Part shown: positions 27,465 to 37,702 of the stretch, one piece after another
Numbering within the stretch: position 1 is the stretch's first letter
Layout of the letters: each line of letters starts with the position of its first letter
Assembly (NCBI GenBank): GCA_964625625.1
Contig: CAZVEG010000005.1
Span: forward strand, 10,877 to 74,324
Direction of reading: 5' to 3'
Length of the DNA: 63,448 nt
From: an uncultured Leptospirales bacterium
Lineage (GTDB): Bacteria > Spirochaetota > UBA4802 > UBA5368
Made by a program: the position numbers and the translations under genes
Notes under the pieces: model-generated
What the model was told of the DNA's origin: nothing
Databases searched by the model: none
Seen by the model: only the letters and a program-made list of their open reading frames with translations

Positions 27465-28937
27465 CTAAAAAAGTTTTTTTAATTTTTTTGCGGCCTTGCT
27501 CTTCGCCTTGTCCGCCTGCTTGTCCACGACCTTTTCAACCTTCTTCTCGGCCTTTTCCTGAACAACGTCCTTGATGTCACCCGCCGCGTCCTTTACGAGA
27601 TCGCCTATGGACGGCAGCTTCGGAGCGACCAGCTTCACATCGGGCTTGGCCATGGTCCCTGTCACCTTGTATTTCAGGAATACCTGGCCGTCCTTGTTGG
27701 TCAGCGATTTCATGGCCGAATCCGCCACCTTCTCGGTCTTCACATATTTTTCCAGTTTCGCTGCCTTTATGCCCTTTTCGACGTTCCTGGCGATGCCCTC
27801 GCGAATGGGTTTGTTATGCTTCTCCGCCAGCAGCATATCCATATCCATCCCGACCGCTTTCGTGTTGATGTTCGTCTGACCGGCGAAGTCAAGCGCGTAA
27901 TCGTCGGTCGCTATCTTTCCATCGGTCAGCTTAACCAGGCCGCCCCTGTACCACACGTTCACGAACGCGTTCTTCCATTTCACGTCCCCTTTCAGAAAGG
28001 TGAACTTCCCGCAGTACTTCTCGATCTGCTCGACCTCTTTGAGCTTCTCGAAAATCTGGAGTCCCGTGAGGGTTCCATACCCCGAACCGACCTTCGCCGA
28101 AAGCTCGGGGTCGACCTTCCTCGACTTCGCATCGAAAGGCTTTAACGTACCGTTTATCGAAAGGCCGACGTCGAAGGTTTTTACACTCCCGGTCTGAACC
28201 TGCCCCACGGTCTTTATTCCCGTTGCGATTTTCAGTTTGACCGAATTTTTCTTCGCGAGGTCTTTAGGGTCAATTTCGATCGAATGCACGAGCGCCGTCA
28301 GGTTGTAGATGGAGAAGCTCTGCTTCAGTCCCTGGTCCACGAACGATACCAGGCCCTTTTCTATGCCGACCTTGCCGATGGCGATTTCCACGGGCAGATC
28401 ATCAGCCGTAAACGGCTTCTGGGGCTGTTTGGCATCTTCCGCTTTCTTCTTCGCCTCCTCCTGCTGTTTCTTCAATAATTCGGCCTTTTCCTCGGCGGTC
28501 ATCTTCTTCGGGGCGAGGAGGTCCGAAAAATTAAACAGACCGCTCGGATAGCGGACCACGTTAATGACCGGTTCGAACAGTACGAGCTCGCGAAGCTCGA
28601 CCTGTTTCTTCAGCAGGGGCAAAAATTTGAGCTTGAAGGTGAACGATGAAAGGCCAACAAACAGATCGTTTGCCGCTACCGACTTTCCTTTCAACGCCTC
28701 CCGCTGGGCGGGTGTCTTGAAATTGGAGATCTTGACTTCCTTCACCTCAATGCCCGAAACCACCGAAAAAACGCTCACGTCAATCGCGCCGATCGAGACC
28801 TGCCTGTTGAGCGCGTTCTCCATCTGCTGGTCGATCATATCCTTGTCGACGATAAGCATGATGGCGACGCCGGCCGCGATTATAATGAGTAGCAGCGCAC
28901 CGATGGTGATACCGAGCCATTTAAAGACCTTTTTCAT
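27465..28937 (-). CDS. AsmA family protein
   Basis: N-terminal transmembrane anchor, NRQVSIGAIDVSVF and LELRELVLFEPVINVVR-like segment, GLFNFSDL; start ATG 28937 with GGAG RBS. Confidence 0.8.
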   Translation of the reverse strand: MKKVFKWLGITIGALLLIIIAAGVAIMLIVDKDMIDQQMENALNRQVSIGAIDVSVFSVVSGIEVKEVKISNFKTPAQREALKGKSVAANDLFVGLSSFTFKLKFLPLLKKQVELRELVLFEPVINVVRYPSGLFNFSDLLAPKKMTAEEKAELLKKQQEEAKKKAEDAKQPQKPFTADDLPVEIAIGKVGIEKGLVSFVDQGLKQSFSIYNLTALVHSIEIDPKDLAKKNSVKLKIATGIKTVGQVQTGSVKTFDVGLSINGTLKPFDAKSRKVDPELSAKVGSGYGTLTGLQIFEKLKEVEQIEKYCGKFTFLKGDVKWKNAFVNVWYRGGLVKLTDGKIATDDYALDFAGQTNINTKAVGMDMDMLLAEKHNKPIREGIARNVEKGIKAAKLEKYVKTEKVADSAMKSLTNKDGQVFLKYKVTGTMAKPDVKLVAPKLPSIGDLVKDAAGDIKDVVQEKAEKKVEKVVDKQADKAKSKAAKKLKKLF

Positions 28938-29075
28938 CGCCTGTCCCTCCTTATATATCATTTTCTGAATTCATGTCGTATATACGGTCACCCGTCAATA
29001 ATAACGGAGCCGCACGAAAAAGGCGAGAAGATTTCCTGCCATCCGTTATCGAACGCTTCCGGAACAATGCCAGGT

Positions 29076-29125
29076 CATGAAAAGATGAAGGCACGGTCAT
29101 GTAACCGCGCCTTCATGTCTTCATG
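29076..29125 (-). terminator. probable terminator hairpin of the cyclase operon
   Basis: ATGAAGGC...GCCTTCAT stem followed by CTTTT on the minus strand. Confidence 0.5.
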
Positions 29126-29160
29126 CCACCCGTCGGTTGAAACCGCGGGCATGCGTGCGA

Positions 29161-29922
29161 TTATTCAAACTCGTTATAATAGATACCCAGAACGACGCCA
29201 ACCTGTTTTTCGCTAACCGATATCTTTTCCTTCTCGAGCGCCTTGACGACATCCTTACGCTTGAAGACCGGATTCTGGCGTTTTATCGCGACGATGCGCT
29301 GGACCACACTGCGATCGATCGGTTTTGCCGAACCGAACGCCCCCTTGCTTTCGAACGCCATCATGGCGCTCACCAGGCGGTCGAGACGCTGCAGCAGGTA
29401 TTCGGGGTCGCGCGCCCGGACATATGCCAGCGGATCGCTGATGGCGGTGATCGTCTTTTCGCACAGCTCTTCCTCGGTAACATACTCGCCGTAAACGCGA
29501 ACGAACATCTTGTCGCGCGTGATACGGAAATTGTAATACATGGTGTCGTAATACGAGAAGAGCAGTCCGGCCGGCAGATAATCCAGCACGTTTACACCTT
29601 TATATGAAAACTCCGCGGGAACCAGATTGACCTCGAGAACATCCTTCGAGTACTCAAAGCTCATCCTCTCGATTTTTACATGCTTCCACGCGTAGAAATC
29701 GTTCCTCATCTTCAGGATGCGTCGAACGACCTCATCGGCCGGCTCGGCATCGTACCCGAGCACGAAGACCCTGCCCTCTTCGTCTTTGAGTGTCAGCGCG
29801 GTACGACCGTTTTCCTTCTCTTCGCCGTCCACGGTTATGTTCACCGCGGCCCAATCATAGGCGTCAAGCCGGGCCGCCGCGGCGAGCACCAGCATACTCA
29901 ACACGATTGCGAATCGTTTCAT
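29161..29922 (-). CDS. exported hypothetical protein
   Basis: Signal peptide MKRFAIVLSMLVLAAAARLDA; GGAG RBS overlaps the upstream stop. Confidence 0.8.
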   Translation of the reverse strand: MKRFAIVLSMLVLAAAARLDAYDWAAVNITVDGEEKENGRTALTLKDEEGRVFVLGYDAEPADEVVRRILKMRNDFYAWKHVKIERMSFEYSKDVLEVNLVPAEFSYKGVNVLDYLPAGLLFSYYDTMYYNFRITRDKMFVRVYGEYVTEEELCEKTITAISDPLAYVRARDPEYLLQRLDRLVSAMMAFESKGAFGSAKPIDRSVVQRIVAIKRQNPVFKRKDVVKALEKEKISVSEKQVGVVLGIYYNEFE

Positions 29923-29924
29923 AC

Positions 29925-31145
29925 TCACTCCTGTAACACCTTGATAAGTATTCTGTCGAAGGGCTGAATTTTCCTGCCCTCCTGAACCTCCACGACCCGT
30001 GCCCTTATCCCCGCGCCCGCGCCGTAAAACTGTATCCTGCCCACGTATTCATCGTCTTTGCGAAACACCAGCGCCGTTGTCCCCTCTTTTACCCCGTGAA
30101 CCGCCCGCAGGTGCACGAAGATCGCGCCGGTATCGCGCGGATCGACGATATAGCCGCTTTCCGGTTCGGTACGGGCCAGATAATCGAAGGCATAACGGAA
30201 ATGGTCGAGCTGCGCGCTCTTCACCCTTACCGAATCGGCAAGTCCTCCCCACATTCTCTCGTAGCGCCCGGTTAGTTCGCGCGAAAAATACTCGATCTTA
30301 TCGAGCGTGGGTGCGACCGAATTGACGTAGGGTATTCGATTCATCCGGCGGATCACCGCCTGCTGGTCCGACTGCATGCGCCGCATCTCGGCGAACTCGG
30401 ACTCGGTATACCGCGCATCGCTCGTCAGCTCCTTCTTGAAATCAAGAAGCTTCGGGACGTTTTTATCCAGAGTCGGGCTCTTCTCCCTGAGAATTCGCTG
30501 CAGCTCGCGCTCGGTGAAGTGCGGGTTATATTTCAGAACTATCTCGGCGATCCGGTTCTCATAATACTGCTTTTGCTTCTGCATTTCCACGTTATGCAGT
30601 TTCTGGTAGTTGTTGACGATCGCCTCGGCCTTCTTGATGTTTTCCTGCAGGCGAACGTCATGCATATCCAGTTTCTTCTGAAGCGATCCGACCTCTTCCT
30701 GCTGGCTCTTCAACCGGGCCCGGTATTTCGCCCGGATCGCGGCTTTCGTCTCCTCGTCCTTCGCGCGGGCGAGCTCGTCGTTCATCGTGCCCCGGGTATC
30801 GCCAAGCCGCGTACGGGCGAGCTCCAGTTCATTCTCGAGGCGCTTGGCCTTGTCGAGAATCTCGATAAGCCGCATGTCCTCGAAGGCGGTGATTTCCACA
30901 TCCTCGCGGTTGAACCGCTCCTGGATGAGCTGCCCGAGCATCAGCGTCCCGACGATGAGCGCCACCATAAATCCCGCGACGAGCAGGTAGAATCCGTAGT
31001 TGCGGTTTTTCCTGGTCCGCGCGAACTCGTTGTTCAGCGAATACTCCGGCGGCTTGCCGTCGGGGTCCTGTATCGCCTCCGGGAGAAATATCGATGTGCC
31101 GTCCTCTATCGGCTCGATGTCCCTTATTTCGTTTTCATTTCCCAT
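29925..31145 (-). CDS. single-pass membrane coiled-coil protein with C-terminal beta-domain
   Basis: One transmembrane helix (residues ~51-71), long heptad-rich region, C-terminal beta-strands; overlaps the cyclase 3' end by 22 nt. Confidence 0.8.
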   Translation of the reverse strand: MGNENEIRDIEPIEDGTSIFLPEAIQDPDGKPPEYSLNNEFARTRKNRNYGFYLLVAGFMVALIVGTLMLGQLIQERFNREDVEITAFEDMRLIEILDKAKRLENELELARTRLGDTRGTMNDELARAKDEETKAAIRAKYRARLKSQQEEVGSLQKKLDMHDVRLQENIKKAEAIVNNYQKLHNVEMQKQKQYYENRIAEIVLKYNPHFTERELQRILREKSPTLDKNVPKLLDFKKELTSDARYTESEFAEMRRMQSDQQAVIRRMNRIPYVNSVAPTLDKIEYFSRELTGRYERMWGGLADSVRVKSAQLDHFRYAFDYLARTEPESGYIVDPRDTGAIFVHLRAVHGVKEGTTALVFRKDDEYVGRIQFYGAGAGIRARVVEVQEGRKIQPFDRILIKVLQE

Positions 31146-32842
31146 ATGCCATTCCAGTTCCTCGGTGGAGTAGAGTCAGCGGTGCGTTCGGCAAAGACCT
31201 CGCCGACCGGCAGGTTGCAGCGTTTGAAAAGCTGGTTCGCCTTGCGCCAGTCGCCCCTGTAATACAGTTCGAGTCCCGCCGAAAAAGCCTTCATGCTCTT
31301 TTCCAGGGTCTTCGTGTAATCTTTTTTCAGCACGGGCCAGTATATCTTCTTGCCCTCGGTCTTTCCCTTTACCTTGACAACGTCAATTTCGAAAAAACGT
31401 ATATCGTTGACATGCCCGTTCTTTTCCAGATCGTCCTTGATATATTCCGAGCAGATTACCGGCAGCCGGTACTCGCGCGTGAGTCCCTCGAGACGGGACG
31501 CGGCGTTCACGTTGTCGCCGATAACCGTATTGGTCATGCGGATATGCGAGCCGATATTGCCGTAGAACACCAGGCCCCCATCGATCCCCACGCCGATTTC
31601 GAGCAGCACGGCCTGGTACACCCTCTCCTGGTCCTCGTTGAGACGGCCCTTGTTCTTTTCAATCTCCTTTTTCTTGGCGGTCATTTCGGCCCGCAGTTTT
31701 TTCGTCAGGTCCTGGAGCTTGTACGCCACGACGACCGCCTGGTACGATTTGTTCTTGTGATCCCCCTCGTACTGGTCCAGCGCGCCGAAGACCGCGAGCA
31801 GCGCATCGCCGATAATCGAGCCGATAATTCCGTCGTGCTCGACGACCCTCCGGATCGCCTGGTCATAATGGAGGTTTAACAGCTTGATGATATCCGCGCC
31901 GAGGGTCTCGGTTATAAACGTGAAGCTCTTGATATCCGAGAAGAGGATTGTCAGGTCGCTCTGCTTCCCTTCGAGGCGCACCTCCCGGTCGCGATATGCC
32001 TTGATCACCACGTCGCGATTGGCGAACTTCCGGAAGATGTTGAGCAGATTCGAAATGGTGCTCGCAAGGGAATTGAACGCCACTCCCAGAAAGGTGATGT
32101 CGTCGTTCGGCGCCCCCTTCAGGTTGATGATGCGAAGCTGCTGCTCCTCGAGCATCGTCATTATCTCCGTCGTGATGATGCTGATGAATCGCAGTACGTA
32201 ACGCAGCACATACACGCCGACGATGCCGCAGATCACGGTGATGACGAGAATTATAACACTCACGTCGCGGAAGACCGCTCGGGATTCTTCGTAGAATTCG
32301 TCCTGCTCCTCCGCGCGTATTATGAAAACCTCCCACTTGGGATTGTGTTTGTAAATGCCGAAATAGGTCTCGTCGTTGAACCTGAACTGGATTATCCCCT
32401 CGCCCGTATTCTTCGCGAGCCCCTCGTTGAGCGCGGCAAGCGTCTTCGAGTCGTTGAATTTTTCGGACTTCGCGAAGTGGGACGCCTGGAACAGGATAGC
32501 TCCGTCGGGCTTGACACCGAGCAGCACTGACTTGCGCTTGGCGAACTCGTTCTGCGCCCGGTTCTCTATACTGGCGAGAGATCCCTTCAGGTCCTTGTTG
32601 TAATTATAGATCTCGAACTGGTTGTTGCAGAACACGTAAATGTCCTTGAGGTCCTTGGCGAGCAACTGCCGCATCATGTTGACCATCTTCGTGCGGTTGA
32701 ATACCAGGTTGACGTAATTGCTGGTAAGATTCGACACGAGGATAAAAAGGGCGAAGACCAGTATGATCTTGAACGCCACGGGGACGATGCGCGTCCCGCC
32801 GATCGTTTTACCGAAGAGACTTCCAGTTTCTCGACTGTTCAT
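31124..32842 (-). CDS. membrane class III nucleotide cyclase (2 TM, periplasmic sensor, HAMP-like, catalytic domain)
   Basis: ILFSDIKSFT, IIGDALLAVFG, IGVGIDGG and TVIGDNVNAASRLE motifs. Confidence 0.9.
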   Translation of the reverse strand: MNSRETGSLFGKTIGGTRIVPVAFKIILVFALFILVSNLTSNYVNLVFNRTKMVNMMRQLLAKDLKDIYVFCNNQFEIYNYNKDLKGSLASIENRAQNEFAKRKSVLLGVKPDGAILFQASHFAKSEKFNDSKTLAALNEGLAKNTGEGIIQFRFNDETYFGIYKHNPKWEVFIIRAEEQDEFYEESRAVFRDVSVIILVITVICGIVGVYVLRYVLRFISIITTEIMTMLEEQQLRIINLKGAPNDDITFLGVAFNSLASTISNLLNIFRKFANRDVVIKAYRDREVRLEGKQSDLTILFSDIKSFTFITETLGADIIKLLNLHYDQAIRRVVEHDGIIGSIIGDALLAVFGALDQYEGDHKNKSYQAVVVAYKLQDLTKKLRAEMTAKKKEIEKNKGRLNEDQERVYQAVLLEIGVGIDGGLVFYGNIGSHIRMTNTVIGDNVNAASRLEGLTREYRLPVICSEYIKDDLEKNGHVNDIRFFEIDVVKVKGKTEGKKIYWPVLKKDYTKTLEKSMKAFSAGLELYYRGDWRKANQLFKRCNLPVGEVFAERTADSTPPRNWNGIWEMKTK

Positions 32843-33189
32843 TGTAACCGTCTGTAATCACTGAGTTTGATTGATGCCGGGGCCCGTCTGGCCGCATGGT
32901 GTTCGAAGGCCTCGATGCCGTCATTAGTTCCGTGCATGCTAGCATCGGCTTTGAAATAAATCACGCAAAAAACAGTGCCGTTCCATAAAATTTTTACAAA
33001 ACGGGCCACGCCGGCAAACGGATCATAATGCTCATTATGTCTCCGCGATGCGGCCTGTAGCCACTCGGGCGATCCGTTTTCTGGTTGCAATCGGGATGGT
33101 TTTCTGATCCGCTCTATCCGCGTCCATGATGGCGACCTTATGCTCCATTAATGTGACAACGACGAAACCATTCACCCCTGGAGGATGAA

Positions 33190-33819
33190 ATGAATCTCAA
33201 CAATCCTGAAGCGACGTCGCAGGCCCTGGCCCTGCTCCGGAACGGACAGCCTTTTCAATGGTATGTAATCACACTTCTTGCTCTCGTTGTATATGTTTAC
33301 TTTAACGAGATTTCAAAAAAGAACTGGAAAGGGGTTGCCGCGGGTCTATCTCTTTACATGGTTCACTGGTTCGTCGAGATAGTTAACGCGCTCGTGCAGC
33401 ACTTCTCCGGCCACGCCCTGTGGACGGTGCCCACCGGAACGGCCTTTCTTCTGCTGATCGGCGTCGGCGTGGAGCTTTCCCTGATGTTCTCCATCGCGGG
33501 TCTTGTGTTCAGCAAGCTGCTACCCGCGGACCCGAAGACAAGGCTGCTGGGCATCAACAACCGCCTCGTATTCGCCATAGCCAACGCGGCTTTCTTCTCG
33601 ATCTTCGAGATCTTTCTCGTCAAGACGCCGGCCTTTGTGTGGGTCTATCCGTGGTGGGGAGCTCTCACGGTATTCATATCCGTCTACATACCGTTTTTCG
33701 TGGTGTCAATGTTCTGCCACGACTGGAAACCCCGGACACAGATCGCCGTTATCGGAAGTCTTTTCGCGATTAACGCGGCGGCGATCATCCTGTTTACCGG
33801 AGTGCTTGGCTGGATATAA
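33190..33819 (+). CDS. integral membrane hypothetical protein (~6 TM)
   Basis: GGAGG RBS and regularly spaced hydrophobic helices. Confidence 0.8.
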   Translation: MNLNNPEATSQALALLRNGQPFQWYVITLLALVVYVYFNEISKKNWKGVAAGLSLYMVHWFVEIVNALVQHFSGHALWTVPTGTAFLLLIGVGVELSLMFSIAGLVFSKLLPADPKTRLLGINNRLVFAIANAAFFSIFEIFLVKTPAFVWVYPWWGALTVFISVYIPFFVVSMFCHDWKPRTQIAVIGSLFAINAAAIILFTGVLGWI

Positions 33820-34642
33820 ACTGGCAGAGCACACGCCCGCGGGTGCTCGCGTAGCCCGGCATCACCGAATAGCGAACCGTCCCGCTGACGACACCGCCGG
33901 CGAGTGTCGCACAGCTGGCCGTGGATTCAAGCGTGAGATCTCCTTCCACCGCGCCGGTAAAACATTCAACCAGGTGTTTTCGCGCGGTGTCCCGGAAAAG
34001 ATTCGGAAGAACGCTTTTAAGCGCTTCCCTGCTCGGGGCTTCGAACAGTGTCACCGCGGCATCGTTCACATCCCGGACCGCGATCAGCTCGAGACACCGG
34101 CGCATATCGTCCGGGCTGGTTTCCAGACGAGTCTTTACGTTCTTCGGGTCCGGGGCGCACGGCCCGCCCAGATAATCACATAATCTCGATGCGTCCGCCT
34201 CCCACATCGGGAGCGGCGAGCGCTCGAACAGAAACCGGCAACGCCACTCCGCCTCACGAAGTCGCAGCTCCGTTTCCCATTGCCTGTACACCATGCGTAT
34301 CGTCGTATACAGCTCCCCCTCGGTAACCGGCTTGGTGACCAGGCCGCAGCATGAAAAACCGCCGGTACGTTCAACCACGTCCGGACCGAATCTGCTGATC
34401 AGGAAGACGACGGGCAGGTCTTTTCCGTTCGCCAGGCGGCGGGCGGTCTGACAACCGTCGACACCGCCGGGGAGGCTGGTATCGATGAGAAGAAGATCGG
34501 GGCGGTCAGACCATCCGGCCGCCGCCGATTCCTCCCGGTAGATTTCCGCGGTGACATCATAGCCGAGCATCTCCAGAAGCCGTTTCATGTCCATGGCCAC
34601 TACGGCCTCGCCCATGACGATCGAGATTTTTGTTTTTTTCAC
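33794..34642 (-). CDS. atypical receiver domain plus PAS-like domain protein
   Basis: REC fold (LLLID, PVVFL, LVTKP) with IVMGE in place of IVED; RFLFERSPLPMWE PAS start; GTG start 34642. Confidence 0.75.
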   Translation of the reverse strand: MKKTKISIVMGEAVVAMDMKRLLEMLGYDVTAEIYREESAAAGWSDRPDLLLIDTSLPGGVDGCQTARRLANGKDLPVVFLISRFGPDVVERTGGFSCCGLVTKPVTEGELYTTIRMVYRQWETELRLREAEWRCRFLFERSPLPMWEADASRLCDYLGGPCAPDPKNVKTRLETSPDDMRRCLELIAVRDVNDAAVTLFEAPSREALKSVLPNLFRDTARKHLVECFTGAVEGDLTLESTASCATLAGGVVSGTVRYSVMPGYASTRGRVLCQFISSQALR

Positions 34643-34816
34643 CCCGGTCCGCGGACACATCGATTTAAAAAAAAAGATTTACGTCCCCGCCCCAATAGCT
34701 ATTAAAACCGCTCGTTTGTCAATCGACGATATCCATTATTATCTTGTAAGCATTTCCCTTACACGTTCCCGGTGGCGCCGGCGGCACGGATCCGACCCGC
34801 ATCGCCGGCGAAATGA

Positions 34817-37396
34817 TCACTTGAAAGCCAGGGATCTGCCGTCGCTGTCGATCTTTATTGTCGTCTCGCCCGAGATGTCCCCCCCCAGGAGTCGTACCGA
34901 GAGCGGGTTGAGCAGGTGTTTCTGTATGGCCCGCTTGAGCGGCCGGGCGCCGAACTGGGGATCGAACCCGGTCGTCGTAAGAAAGTCCAGCGCTTTCTTC
35001 GTAAGCTCCAGGCGAACGCCCCTCTCCAGAAGGCGCCTGGCCACAAGTCCGAGCTGGAGCCTGACGATCTCGGCGATATGCTCGCGCCCGAGCGGATTGA
35101 ATACGATCACCTCGTCCACGCGGTTGATGAACTCGGGCTTGAAATGTGCCCTCAGCTCCCTCTCGACGCCGTTTTTGCGCTCCTCGTAGGGTATCGATGT
35201 ATCGGATATATACGAAGTCCCGATGTTCGACGTCATGATGATGAGCGTGTTCCTGAAATCAACGGTCCGGCCCTTCGAGTCCGTCAGCCTCCCCTCGTCG
35301 AGGATCTGCAGGAAGATGTTGAAGACGTCCTGATGCGCCTTCTCGATCTCGTCGAAAAGAAGAACCGCATACGGCCTGCGGCGCACCGCCTCGGTGAGCT
35401 GACCGCCCTCGTCGTACCCGACATAACCGGGAGGCGCACCGATGAGCCGTGAGACCGAATGCTTCTCCATGTATTCCGACATGTCGATCCGGGTGATGGC
35501 CTTCTCGTCGTTGAAAAGGAACTCGGCCACCGCCTTCGCGGTTTCGGTCTTACCCACTCCGGTGGGCCCGAGGAAGATGAACGAACCAACGGGCCTGTTC
35601 GGATCCTGGATGCCCGAACGCGAGCGGCGAACGGCGTCCGAGATCGCGACAATCGCCTCGTTCTGACCGACCACGCGCTGCTCGATGATACGCTCCATTC
35701 CGAGGAGCTTCTCCTTTTCTCCTTCCAGCATCTTGGCCACCGGGATGCCGGTCCATCGCGAGACCACCTCGGCGATCTCCTGTTCGGTGACCTCCTCCTT
35801 CAGGAGGCTTCGGTCCTTCTGTATCTCCGCGAGCTTCGCGTTCATTTCGGTGAGGCTGCGGTCGAGCTCCACGATCTTCCCATAGCGGATCTCGGCCACC
35901 CTGTTCAGGTTGCCCTCGCGTTCGGCGCGACTCTCCTCTCCCTTCAGGCGTTCTATCTCTTCCTTGATGGAGCGTATACGGGAAATAACCTCTTTTTCAT
36001 TTCTCCAGTGGCCGACCAGTTCGTTCTTCTTCTCGTTGAGGTTGGCCAGTTCCTCCTCGATTTTCGCGAGGCGCTCCTTCGAAACCCTGTCCTTTTCCTT
36101 TTTTACGGCCTCGCGCTCGATGGTGAGCTGGCGGATGCGCCGTTCGATCTCGTCAATCTCTATCGGCATCGAGTCGATCTCCATCTTGATGCGCGACGCC
36201 GATTCGTCGATGAGATCGACCGCCTTGTCGGGGAGAAAGCGATCGGTGATGTAGCGGTCGGACAGCACCGCGGCCGCGACCACGGCCGAATCCGAGATGC
36301 GCACGCCGTGGTGCACCTCGTACTTCTCTTTAAGGCCGCGGAGGATGGCGATCGTGTCCTCCACGCTCGGCTCGCTGGTGAAGACGGGCTGGAAGCGTCG
36401 CTCGAGCGCCTTGTCTTTCTCGATGTATTTCTGATATTCATTGAGCGTCGTCGCGCCGATGCAGCGAAGCTCGCCGCGCGCGAGGGCGGGCTTGAGCATG
36501 TTCGAGGCGTCCATTGAGCCTTCGGCGGCACCCGCCCCGACCAGGGTGTGCAGCTCGTCGATGAAAAGGATGACCTCTCCCTCCGATTCCTCGATCTCCT
36601 GTATCACGCCTTTCAGGCGCTCCTCGAACTCGCCGCGGTACTTGGCACCCGCAATGAGCGCGCCCATATCGAGCGCAACCAGGCGCTTTTCCTTTAAATT
36701 TTCGGGCACGTCCCCCGCCACGATGCGGCTTGCGAGCCCCTCGACGATGGCGGTTTTCCCCACGCCGGGCTCGCCGATGAGCACCGGATTGTTTTTGGTG
36801 CGGCGGGTGAGCACCTGCATCACGCGGCGGATCTCCTCATCCCGGCCGATCACCGGATCGAGCCTGTTCGCGCGCGCCAGCTTCGTGAGGTCGCGACTGT
36901 AACGGTCGAGCGCATTGTATCGCTCCTCGGCGTTCTCGTCGGTGACGCGCCTGTTGCCGCGCACGTCCATCAGCACTTTCAGTATATTCTCGCGCGTGAA
37001 CCCCGCGGCGTTGAGGACACTCCGGGCACGCGTTTCACCCGTGCCGGCGAGCGCGAGAATGAGGTGCTCGGTACTCATGTACTGGTCCTTGAGCTTTACC
37101 GCCTCGTTCCACGCCTCGTTCAATACGTCCCGCATCGACGTGGAAAGGGCGCCTCCGCCGGGACCTCCACCCACCTGACGCGGCAGCTTCTTTATCTCGA
37201 CATCGATCTCCCTTCCGATCTCTGCGGCGGGCACCCCGATCTTCTGCGCGATCGTGCCGAACATTCCCTCCTCCTGGTCGGCCAGGGCCTTCAGCAGGTG
37301 TTCGGGCTGTATCTCGTGGTGGTTGTTGTTCGTCGCTTCGTTTTGCGCGCGCGATATCGCGTCCTGCGCCTTCAGGGTCAGCTTGTCCATTCGCAT
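34817..37396 (-). CDS. clpB: ATP-dependent chaperone ClpB
   Basis: Two AAA+ modules ([16 protein letters not shown]), coiled-coil middle domain, [16 protein letters not shown]. Confidence 0.97.
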   Translation of the reverse strand: MRMDKLTLKAQDAISRAQNEATNNNHHEIQPEHLLKALADQEEGMFGTIAQKIGVPAAEIGREIDVEIKKLPRQVGGGPGGGALSTSMRDVLNEAWNEAVKLKDQYMSTEHLILALAGTGETRARSVLNAAGFTRENILKVLMDVRGNRRVTDENAEERYNALDRYSRDLTKLARANRLDPVIGRDEEIRRVMQVLTRRTKNNPVLIGEPGVGKTAIVEGLASRIVAGDVPENLKEKRLVALDMGALIAGAKYRGEFEERLKGVIQEIEESEGEVILFIDELHTLVGAGAAEGSMDASNMLKPALARGELRCIGATTLNEYQKYIEKDKALERRFQPVFTSEPSVEDTIAILRGLKEKYEVHHGVRISDSAVVAAAVLSDRYITDRFLPDKAVDLIDESASRIKMEIDSMPIEIDEIERRIRQLTIEREAVKKEKDRVSKERLAKIEEELANLNEKKNELVGHWRNEKEVISRIRSIKEEIERLKGEESRAEREGNLNRVAEIRYGKIVELDRSLTEMNAKLAEIQKDRSLLKEEVTEQEIAEVVSRWTGIPVAKMLEGEKEKLLGMERIIEQRVVGQNEAIVAISDAVRRSRSGIQDPNRPVGSFIFLGPTGVGKTETAKAVAEFLFNDEKAITRIDMSEYMEKHSVSRLIGAPPGYVGYDEGGQLTEAVRRRPYAVLLFDEIEKAHQDVFNIFLQILDEGRLTDSKGRTVDFRNTLIIMTSNIGTSYISDTSIPYEERKNGVERELRAHFKPEFINRVDEVIVFNPLGREHIAEIVRLQLGLVARRLLERGVRLELTKKALDFLTTTGFDPQFGARPLKRAIQKHLLNPLSVRLLGGDISGETTIKIDSDGRSLAFK

Positions 37397-37561
37397 ATCT
37401 GCATCCTCCAGACGTTATAACACTCAAGGCAGGCGGTAAACCGACGGATCTACGGGGATGCCGGATGGTACACTGCAAGCACAATGCGGAACGTCACTTT
37501 TCTGTTTGTGTATCAACGACCACTACGAGCACGGGGCATGTCATTACCCGTGGCCGATTAA

Positions 37562-37590
37562 AATATATCCCATAAATCGCCGCTCGTCAA
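37562..37590 (-). promoter_or_regulatory. sigma70-type promoter of clpB
   Basis: TTGACG-17nt-TATATT. Confidence 0.6.
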
Positions 37591-37702
37591 GCGTAAAAGT
37601 GCAATAAGCGGTTGACATTCACGCCGCGGCTCGCCTCACTTTTCAACAAGCGGCTCATCGCGCGCACTCCAACGCGCGTTTCGTGTAACGGGGGAAGCAT
37701 AT

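Noticed and set aside
32964-32980. sigma54-like CGGCACTGTTTTTTGC upstream of the cyclase
   Set aside because: The GG-to-GC spacing is one base too long, and sigma54 spacing is strict
37410-37445. GAGTGTTAT as a CIRCE half-site before clpB
   Set aside because: No matching TTAGCACTC arm at 9-nt spacing
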